A stretch of 22,789 bases of DNA from an uncultured bacterium (lineage in GTDB: Bacteria; Krumholzibacteriota; Krumholzibacteriia; Krumholzibacteriales; Krumholzibacteriaceae). Under the pieces are notes generated by a model that saw only the letters and a program-made list of their open reading frames with translations, made no database searches and was not told the DNA's origin. This document shows positions 16,122-22,789 of this stretch, piece after piece. The stretch is from assembly GCA_965371515.1 (NCBI GenBank), contig CBDUYR010000045.1:1-22789 (forward strand), in the 5' to 3' direction. The stretch's first letter is position 1. Each line of letters begins with the position of its first letter. Both the position numbers and the translations under genes were made by a program.

Positions 16122-16469
16122 ATGGACGACAAAAAGAAAGGGCTCGAACCGGGTATAGCACGGTCGGCCTCCACGCTGGCTGAGTACCAGGAAGGATCGG
16201 TAGTCAGCAGGACGGTCATCGAGAAGAAGACAGGTACGGTCACCGTCTTCGCGTTCGACGCGGGAGAGGGCCTCAGCGAACATACGGCCCCATTCGACGC
16301 GCTCGTACACGTCATCGACGGCAAGGCGCAGATCACTATCTCCGGAGAGATGATAGAGGTCGGCACAGGTGAGATGATAATCATGCCAGCGGGGAAGCCG
16401 CATTCCCTGAGGGCGGGAGAGAGTTTCAAGATGGTGCTGATCATGCTCTGGGATAAGTCGGGGAAGTGA
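16122..16469 (+). CDS. Cupin domain protein
   Basis: YQEGSVVSRT, FAFDAGEGLSEHTAPFDA and MPAGKPHSL motifs; AGGAG SD. Confidence 0.92.
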   Translation: MDDKKKGLEPGIARSASTLAEYQEGSVVSRTVIEKKTGTVTVFAFDAGEGLSEHTAPFDALVHVIDGKAQITISGEMIEVGTGEMIIMPAGKPHSLRAGESFKMVLIMLWDKSGK

Positions 16470-16503
16470 GAGAGAAGATGATCTTGTGCAGAAAGGAGAC
16501 GAA

Positions 16504-17226
16504 ATGCAGCGCGATCCTTCCGAATTCCTTCGCATCGCAGGCATCGATCTGCCTCTGATCGGCCTCTACGATGCGCCCTCAAAGGAGGAGTTCGAGCCGG
16601 TCCTGGAGCCGAAACCAGGAAAGCATGTATGCGTGTTCGCATTCTATAAGGGCTGGTTGAAGGGTCAGACCGCCTCGTTCTCGAAGGAGGCATTTGGCTG
16701 CGGCGGCTGCGGGCGTAACCTCCTTGGTATAGAGACGATGCCGCGCGAGGCGTTCATCGATTTCCTCTACGGCAAGGAGGGTCTGAAGGCCTCACGCGAG
16801 TTGATGGAGGAGTGGATCGACGCGATGAAACCATACGAGCCGGAGCACGATTTCATCCTGATCGGGCCGATGAAGGAAAGCGAATACGATCGACTGAAAT
16901 CGGTAACATTCCTCGTAAATCCGGACCAGTTGGCTCTGATGGTCTACGCGGCCCAGTATCATGCCGCGCCGGGCGATCCCGACCCGATAAAGGCCCCGTT
17001 CAGCGCGGGATGCGGTCAGCTCCTGTCGATGTTCGACGATGTTTCGGTGCCGCAGGCGATAATCGGCGCTACGGACGTTGCGATGAGGCAATACCTGCCG
17101 CCCGGCATCCTGGCTGTCACAGTGACAAAGCCGATGTTCGAGAGGATCTGCTCGCTCGACAAAGACAGCTTCCTCTACAAGCCCTTCTGGCAGGAGCTCG
17201 TAAAGGCGAGGGGCGGCAAGGTCTGA
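16504..17226 (+). CDS. DUF169 family protein
   Basis: GCGGCG, VTFLVNPDQL, PFSAGC and AIIGATDVAMR motifs; AAGGAG SD before ATG 16504. Confidence 0.82.
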   Translation: MQRDPSEFLRIAGIDLPLIGLYDAPSKEEFEPVLEPKPGKHVCVFAFYKGWLKGQTASFSKEAFGCGGCGRNLLGIETMPREAFIDFLYGKEGLKASRELMEEWIDAMKPYEPEHDFILIGPMKESEYDRLKSVTFLVNPDQLALMVYAAQYHAAPGDPDPIKAPFSAGCGQLLSMFDDVSVPQAIIGATDVAMRQYLPPGILAVTVTKPMFERICSLDKDSFLYKPFWQELVKARGGKV

Positions 17227-17260
17227 CGGCAATCGACAGTTAGTCATATGGAGGCGACTT

Positions 17261-17683
17261 GTGGAAGAGATCAGGAACAAGATCATGAGTATCATCGGGC
17301 AGCCTTTCGTGGCAAGCCTGGCGACGGTGACTGAGGATGGCAACCCATGGAGCAGGTACGTCATGGGCATCGGTTCGGACGACATGACGATCCGCTTCTC
17401 GACATTCATAAGCGCGCGGAAGGTCAAGCAGATCGAGAGCAATCCCGAAGTCCACATGAACTGCGGCGTTCTGGACCCCAGTAAATATGACTACTACATT
17501 CAGGTGCAGGGTAGAGCCGAGATAACGACCGACAAGGCCGAAAAAGACGCCTTCTGGAACGACGAACTCTCGAAGATCTTCAAGGGTCCGGAAGATCCGA
17601 ACTATGCGATCATCATAGTCAGACCGTATCGGATCGAGGTCAATACATTCGGCAGTTTCATCCCCGAGATCTGGGAGCCCTGA
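17261..17683 (+). CDS. Pyridoxamine 5'-phosphate oxidase-like FMN-binding protein (general stress protein 26 type)
   Basis: LATVTEDGNPWSRYV, RKVKQIESNPEV, FW...FKGPEDPNY motifs; GGAGG SD with GTG start. Confidence 0.9.
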   Translation: MEEIRNKIMSIIGQPFVASLATVTEDGNPWSRYVMGIGSDDMTIRFSTFISARKVKQIESNPEVHMNCGVLDPSKYDYYIQVQGRAEITTDKAEKDAFWNDELSKIFKGPEDPNYAIIIVRPYRIEVNTFGSFIPEIWEP

Positions 17684-17708
17684 TCGAACGGGACAGGGAA
17701 GGTGCGAT

Positions 17709-18821
17709 ATGAGAACTCGAATGATGCCCGTTATCGCCGTGCTTCTGGCGGTCTGCGCCGGGGCAGCGTTTGCCGGGAATCAGACGATCGCCTGCCTCGA
17801 AAAGCATGCTCTCACGGAGGAAACAGCGTCGGGATTCGCGCGGATAGCGCTTCACTGCGTGCACAGGGAATTCCCCAACAAGCCGGGCCACGTGATGAAC
17901 GACAGCACCGAGGTGGCAGGCCCGGCGGTTCTTCACCCGGCCTTCTACGGATGCTTCGACTGGCACTCGTCCGTACACGGTCACTGGATGCTTGTCCGGC
18001 TCCTGGGGCTCTTCCCCGACATGACCGGGGCACCGGATATAAGGAATGCCCTCGACGAGAACCTCTCTGCGGAGAACATCCTTGTCGAGGCGGAGTACTT
18101 CGGGCAGAAGAACAGGGCCTCTTTTGAGCGCACGTACGGATGGGCCTGGCTTCTCAAACTGGCCGAGGAGGCCGGCCGCTGCCCAGATCCGGCGGCGAGG
18201 GAATGGGAAAAGAACCTGCAGCCGCTCGTCGACGTGATCGTCGAGAACTACTTCGAATTCCTTCCTAAGCAGACATACCCGATAAAGAGAGGGGTGCATC
18301 CCAACACCGCATTCGGGCTCTCTTTCGCGCTCGACTATGCGCGGTCGACGGGAAACATGGAACTCGTTAAAATCATCGGCGACGCCGGCAGGGACTATTA
18401 TTACGGATGTATCTCCGCCTGTCCGGCCGGATGGGAGCCTGACGGCGACGATTTCTTTTCCCCGTGCCTGATGATCGCCGACCTTATGACGAGGATTCTT
18501 CCGCAGGACGATTACGTGAAGTGGCTCAAGAGGTTCATGCCGGAGCTTCGTCACGGTCTGCCCGAATCACTTCTCGAGCCGGTAGAGGTCTCTGACAGAA
18601 GCGATCCGAAGATCGTCCACCTCGATGGTCTCAATCTCAGCCGGGCGTGGTGCATGAAAAGGATTGCCATGGCCCTTCCCGATGACGATCCTCGACGGGA
18701 GATCCTCGAGGATGCGGCCTGCCTGCACGCGGAAGAGGCTCTGGCGCATGTCGCGAGCGGTAACTACGAGGGGGAGCACTGGCTCGCCTCGTTCGCCGTG
18801 TTCCTGCTGGCCGGGGAGTGA
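17709..18821 (+). CDS. DUF2891 family secreted protein
   Basis: LHPAFYGCFDWHSSVHGHW, FERTYGWAWLL, HLDGLNLSRAW and YEGEHWLASFA motifs; signal peptide. Confidence 0.92.
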   Translation: MRTRMMPVIAVLLAVCAGAAFAGNQTIACLEKHALTEETASGFARIALHCVHREFPNKPGHVMNDSTEVAGPAVLHPAFYGCFDWHSSVHGHWMLVRLLGLFPDMTGAPDIRNALDENLSAENILVEAEYFGQKNRASFERTYGWAWLLKLAEEAGRCPDPAAREWEKNLQPLVDVIVENYFEFLPKQTYPIKRGVHPNTAFGLSFALDYARSTGNMELVKIIGDAGRDYYYGCISACPAGWEPDGDDFFSPCLMIADLMTRILPQDDYVKWLKRFMPELRHGLPESLLEPVEVSDRSDPKIVHLDGLNLSRAWCMKRIAMALPDDDPRREILEDAACLHAEEALAHVASGNYEGEHWLASFAVFLLAGE

Positions 18822-18825
18822 TCCC

Positions 18826-18945
18826 ATGAGGTCCATAGCGTTCTACAAATCGATGGGATTCGGGGAGATCAAACCGTACAGGTTCAATCCGATCTGCGGT
18901 GCAGTCTATCTCGAGCTCAATCTCGGCGGGGGTGACGGAAAGTGA
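18826..18945 (+). pseudogene. C-terminal remnant of a GNAT acetyltransferase
   Basis: MRSIAFYKSMGFGEIKPYRFNPICGAVYLELNL matches the GNAT end AxxLYxSxGFxEIxPYRxNPxxGAxYxELxL; the acetyl-CoA motif A is missing. Confidence 0.8.
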
Positions 18946-19532
18946 GCTGGAATCCGCCCGTCAGCCATTCAGTCTGCACGAAGGACGAAGCGAGAGAGAT
19001 CGTCGGCGTTCGTGACAGGTTCTGGGTATCGATCTGCTGGTGCAGGGATGAGAAGGGCAAGTGCGTCAGATCGCCGATGGAAGTCTGCCTCAGTTTCAGC
19101 GATGACTCACCGGCCAATCCCGCGGGGATGAGGGAAATCTCCAGGGACGAAGCGCTGACACTGATCGACGACTCCCGGGAATGGGAACTTGTTTCGCGGA
19201 CGTTTGCGAGAAAGGGAGGCGACGTTGCAATCGAGGGTATCTGCTTCTGCTGCGACGATTGCTGCGCTTTCTTCACCGAACGTACTGAAGACAAACCGGC
19301 GCGCGGCCGGTTCATCGAGAGTACGATCAAGGGGTGCTGCTCGTCGTGCGGTATGTGCGAGAGGGCGTGCAGATTCGGAGCCCGCGTGATGGACGAGGGG
19401 GAGCTTGTCATCATCAGGCACAGGTGCTACGGATGCGGCATCTGCGCCGATACCTGCCCGACGAACTGCATAGAGATGGTGCCGAGGGCACAGCGGCTGT
19501 CAGAAACCCCGCACGACGCCCTGGGTCACTGA
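18942..19532 (+). CDS. 4Fe-4S dicluster-binding protein
   Basis: CxCR...C...PxEVCL, ICFCCDDCC, and two ferredoxin motifs (CSSCGMCERAC, CYGCGICADTCP). Confidence 0.9.
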   Translation: MSWNPPVSHSVCTKDEAREIVGVRDRFWVSICWCRDEKGKCVRSPMEVCLSFSDDSPANPAGMREISRDEALTLIDDSREWELVSRTFARKGGDVAIEGICFCCDDCCAFFTERTEDKPARGRFIESTIKGCCSSCGMCERACRFGARVMDEGELVIIRHRCYGCGICADTCPTNCIEMVPRAQRLSETPHDALGH

Positions 19533-20689
19533 TTCGATCCGACACGATCAGGTACGGGGATCACAGTCTTTTCAGTATAGATCACACCGCGTTCGTTAAG
19601 CCCGGCGAACATGTACTCCACACACTTCGCATCTTCGCCGATGAACTCGGGCGCGATGATCCCTTTTCTTTTATAAATGCCTCCGGCGAGCATCCTCAGC
19701 GCCATAGTCGCCGTGTACCCGGTCGTCCGGGCCATGGAATGTACGCCGGAGGCTTCGTCATGCCTGTCGAACAGGTCGAATTCGTATCCTGCCGCCGCCC
19801 CGTCTTTCGTCCCTTCCACGATCACCTTCATGACGGTCAGGTCGCGATCGTCTTCGGAGAGTTCCCATAACGGGAAGAGAAGCCTTGCCGTGAAATCGAG
19901 CGGCCTGATCCTTGTGCCGTTTACCTCGATCTCCTCGGTCGAGAAGAATCCCGATTCCCTGAGCACCGCGATCTTCTCGATGTGTCCGGGGTAACGGAGT
20001 GTCTTTTCCTTCATGTCGGGGATGTCCAGCGTCGCGGCGAGAGTCCTCAGCCCGTCACTGTTGAAAGACTCGAGGGTCCCGATGCCGGGGAAGTCGAGAT
20101 ATTCGGGATCGGACAGGGCCGGGCGGATGACCAGCCGGCCGTTCTCGACGTATCTTGCAGGCCTCGTGTATTCCTCTATCACATCTATCGGGGAGAAACC
20201 GGCCTTGTACTCCCAGGGCCAGATCCTTCTGAAGGGAAGCCCTCCGACGTAGATCAGTACGCGCAAAGCCTCGTCGAGCCTGCGGGCGGCGTACGAGACG
20301 AGCACGTTACTCATGCCGGGCGCCACGCCGCAGTCGACGATCGCCGTAACGCCCCGCTCGCGGGCGAGACCGTCGAGGGTGAAGGGGTCCTCGGGAAAGA
20401 AGGCGATGTCGACCACATCCGTACCGGTCTCGATGACAGACCGAAGGACCGAGTGGCCCATAAACCCCGGCGTAGCGTTGATCACATAGTCCGAATCGGC
20501 GGCGAGCTCCTTAACCCTTTCGCTGTCCGAAAGGTCGGCCTGGATCTTGCCGATACCGGGGAATTCGTCCAGTTTCGAGAGTGCCCCGCCGCTGATGTCG
20601 GCGACGCTGACCTCGAAATCCCCGTCAGCCGCAAGGTCCCTCGCCATCGGTCCTCCCACGAGCCCCGCGCCAAGTATGATGATTTTCAT
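19526..20689 (-). CDS. Saccharopine dehydrogenase family protein (lysine 6-dehydrogenase-like)
   Basis: GAGLVG Rossmann motif, DCGVAPGMSN, YVGGLP, EKTLRYPGH and SMARTTGY; AGGAG SD. Confidence 0.93.
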   Translation of the reverse strand: MKIIILGAGLVGGPMARDLAADGDFEVSVADISGGALSKLDEFPGIGKIQADLSDSERVKELAADSDYVINATPGFMGHSVLRSVIETGTDVVDIAFFPEDPFTLDGLARERGVTAIVDCGVAPGMSNVLVSYAARRLDEALRVLIYVGGLPFRRIWPWEYKAGFSPIDVIEEYTRPARYVENGRLVIRPALSDPEYLDFPGIGTLESFNSDGLRTLAATLDIPDMKEKTLRYPGHIEKIAVLRESGFFSTEEIEVNGTRIRPLDFTARLLFPLWELSEDDRDLTVMKVIVEGTKDGAAAGYEFDLFDRHDEASGVHSMARTTGYTATMALRMLAGGIYKRKGIIAPEFIGEDAKCVEYMFAGLNERGVIYTEKTVIPVPDRVGSNQ

Positions 20690-20785
20690 ATCGATCTCCT
20701 GTCACATGCGTTGCCGGCCGGTACAGTCCGGCCTGAGGTAAGTTCGCTTCAGAATTTCAATCGGGAATATTTGAATCGTGAGAAA

Positions 20786-20875
20786 TCAAAGGCCGCTGAA
20801 GCGGTTGAGGTACCCCAGCAGAAACCGCCAGGTATCCGAGATCGATCCGTGAGGTATGCGCGAACAGGGATTCAT
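20786..20875 (-). CDS. Possible 29-aa leaderless upstream ORF
   Basis: MNPCSRIPHGSISDTWRFLLGYLNRFSGL*; the ATG coincides with the predicted +1 of the promoter at 20882-20909. Confidence 0.3.
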   Translation of the reverse strand: MNPCSRIPHGSISDTWRFLLGYLNRFSGL

Positions 20876-20881
20876 ATACTG

Positions 20882-20909
20882 ATATTAACATCGAAACGGG
20901 CCGTGTCAA
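20882..20909 (-). promoter_or_regulatory. Sigma70 promoter for the dehydrogenase
   Basis: TTGACA (20909-20904)-N16-TAATAT (20887-20882) with a TGn extension. Confidence 0.65.
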
Positions 20910-20967
20910 CCCGATTCGGGCGGTTGCACGAAGCCCGGATCGTCATGAAATGTGTTGAATGCAATCA

Positions 20968-20985
20968 AGATAATAATTATTATCT
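20968..20985. promoter_or_regulatory. Perfect 18-bp palindrome, Fur/PerR-like operator
   Basis: AGATAATAATTATTATCT; overlaps a possible TTGAAT-N17-TATTAT promoter for mscS. Confidence 0.6.
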
Positions 20986-21042
20986 GTTCCACTATTCAAT
21001 GAAGAAAGACGTTTCGATACCTTAACCTCTGGAGGAATGAAC

Positions 21043-21858
21043 ATGGAGGACTGGACTGTATTTCTCGTCGATTTTGGAAGGAACTACGGACTGAAGATCG
21101 TCGCGGCGATCGCGATACTGATCATAGGACGTATCGCCGCCGGCATCTTCAAGCGCATCGTAATAAAGATCCTGAAGAAATCGAAGACCGACGATGCGAT
21201 AGTCTCGTTCGTCGGAAGCATCGTCCACACAACGATCATAATCTTCACCGTGCTCGCCGCCCTGTCGAAGTTCGGCATCCAGACGGCGTCGTTCGTCGCG
21301 GTGCTCGCCACGGCCGGATTCGCGATAGGCTTCGCCATGCAGGGCTCGCTATCGAGCTTCGCAGCCGGCGTCCTGCTCCTCGTCTTCCGTCCGATCAAGG
21401 TCGGCGATTACGTCGAGGTAGCGGGCGTGGCCGGTACGGTCAAGGAGATCAAGCTGTTCAGCACGATCGTCGCCACGCCGGACAACGTCAAGATCTTCGT
21501 GCCGAACAACAAGATCAACGGAGACATCATCAAGAACTACGCCGGGTACGACGAGCGCAGGATTAACATGGTCGTGGGAATCGGCTACAGCTCGCCGATC
21601 GATAAGGCGCACGAGATTATGAAGAATATCGTCGCGGCCGACAGCCGGATCCTCGCCGAGCCCGCGGTCCAGATCGCGGTCGCCGAGCTTGCAGATTCGA
21701 GCGTCAATTTCGTGCTCCGTCCATGGGTCAAGAAAGAGGACTACTGGGCAGTCAAATTCGATCTGACCGAGAAGATCAAGAAGGAATTCGACGCCGCCGG
21801 TATCTCGATACCGTTCCCGCAGACGGACGTCCATCTCTACAGGGAAGAGACTGCCTGA
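21043..21858 (+). CDS. mscS: Small-conductance mechanosensitive channel
   Basis: GIQTASFVAVL, GFAMQGSLSSFAAG, RPIKVGDYVE, LADSSVNF and GISIPFPQ motifs; GGAGGA SD 6 nt before ATG 21043. Confidence 0.95.
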   Translation: MEDWTVFLVDFGRNYGLKIVAAIAILIIGRIAAGIFKRIVIKILKKSKTDDAIVSFVGSIVHTTIIIFTVLAALSKFGIQTASFVAVLATAGFAIGFAMQGSLSSFAAGVLLLVFRPIKVGDYVEVAGVAGTVKEIKLFSTIVATPDNVKIFVPNNKINGDIIKNYAGYDERRINMVVGIGYSSPIDKAHEIMKNIVAADSRILAEPAVQIAVAELADSSVNFVLRPWVKKEDYWAVKFDLTEKIKKEFDAAGISIPFPQTDVHLYREETA

Positions 21859-21880
21859 GAAATGCCCGAAAGGAGAGTTT

Positions 21881-22789
21881 ATGAGACCGAGGATTATTGT
21901 GGTCCTGGCCGCCCTGCTGATCGGCATCCCTGCGGCGCTGAACGCGGCCGAGCCATGGAAATACGTCATGGAGACCGATCTGACACTGACCCAGAGCTAC
22001 TACAGCGATAACTGGACGGGGGGAGAGGTCGGCAACATCACATGGGTGTGGAACTTCAACCTCTTGGCGGCAAAGCAGTTCGCCGAGAACTGGAACAACA
22101 GGAACACGCTCAGGCTTAAATACGGGATGACGCACAGCCAGGAATCGGAAACGGGTAACTGGCGCCATCCGGAGAAATCGGACGACCAGATCGATTTCGA
22201 GACGGTATTCCGCTACACGAAATACAAATCGGTCGACCCGTACGGCTCGGTACGTCTGGAGAGCCAGTTCCAGGACAGGAGCGATCCGGAGCAGTACCGC
22301 TATGTCAACCCGATGAGGTTCACCGAATCGGTTGGTATAGCGAAGGTCCTGACCAAGACGGAGGACAGGCACTGGCTGATGCGGTTCGGCGTGGCGGCCA
22401 GGCAGGTCGTCGACAGGGACGTGCTCGACCCCGCTACTTCGGCGAGAAGCACGGTGACCCAGCACGACGAGGGCCTCATGTTCGACACGGACTATCGTTT
22501 TCCGTTCGCGGACGGGAAACTCATATATTCCGGCAAGCTCAACGTCTACCAGGCGCTCGCCAACTCCGAATCGGAAAATCTCGTCGGCCAGGTGAACAGC
22601 GAGTACTGGAAGACTCCCGACGTCAGGTGGGAGCACAACCTGTCAGTGGGAATCACCGGCTACCTTGCCGTGAACCTCTACGTTGATTTCCGCTACGACA
22701 AGGACGTCGATCTCGCCGGGCGCTTCAAGCAGACGCTTGGACTGGCCCTCGTCTACAGGTACGGCAATATCGAGGAGGAGGAAGGCTAG
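21881..22789 (+). CDS. DUF3078-like outer-membrane beta-barrel protein
   Basis: Signal peptide; TQSYYSDNWTGGE, KSDDQIDF, RYDKD and FKQTLGLALVY motifs; AAGGAG SD. Confidence 0.85.
   Translation: MRPRIIVVLAALLIGIPAALNAAEPWKYVMETDLTLTQSYYSDNWTGGEVGNITWVWNFNLLAAKQFAENWNNRNTLRLKYGMTHSQESETGNWRHPEKSDDQIDFETVFRYTKYKSVDPYGSVRLESQFQDRSDPEQYRYVNPMRFTESVGIAKVLTKTEDRHWLMRFGVAARQVVDRDVLDPATSARSTVTQHDEGLMFDTDYRFPFADGKLIYSGKLNVYQALANSESENLVGQVNSEYWKTPDVRWEHNLSVGITGYLAVNLYVDFRYDKDVDLAGRFKQTLGLALVYRYGNIEEEEG

Noticed and set aside
20725..20760. Glycine or lysine riboswitch upstream of the dehydrogenase
   Set aside because: CUGAAG...CCUCAGG faintly recalls the glycine aptamer, but the GGAGA/GGAA element and P1 are not evident; no lysine-riboswitch consensus is seen.
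19982..21025. 347-aa + strand ORF
   Set aside because: Antisense shadow of the dehydrogenase gene with no recognisable motifs.

Overview
Bacterial accessory-type region from a diderm organism (it encodes beta-barrel outer-membrane proteins and many lipoproteins). About 25 mostly small genes run on the + strand; only a YihY-family gene and a saccharopine/lysine dehydrogenase gene run on the - strand. Recognisable products are three GNAT acetyltransferases, a GyrI-like protein, an RDD protein, signal peptidase I, an SDR, DUF4203, ZupT, a cupin, DUF169, a PNPOx-like protein, DUF2891, a 4Fe-4S protein, MscS and DUF3078. No integrase, transposase, rRNA, tRNA or CRISPR array is visible. The first ~2.6 kb is visibly AT-richer than the rest. 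Most interesting: (1) an apparently self-contained ~215-nt structured RNA gene on the - strand at 2406-2623, with its own promoter, nested helices and terminator; (2) two attC-like half-site repeats just after stop codons at 117 and 575; (3) repeated gene remnants and mini-ORFs between intact genes; (4) two pairs of related secreted proteins; (5) a one-base frameshift in an OMP gene; (6) an ECF promoter, a perfect Fur-like palindrome and a structured leader with a uORF. All family calls are from motif recognition, not database searches.
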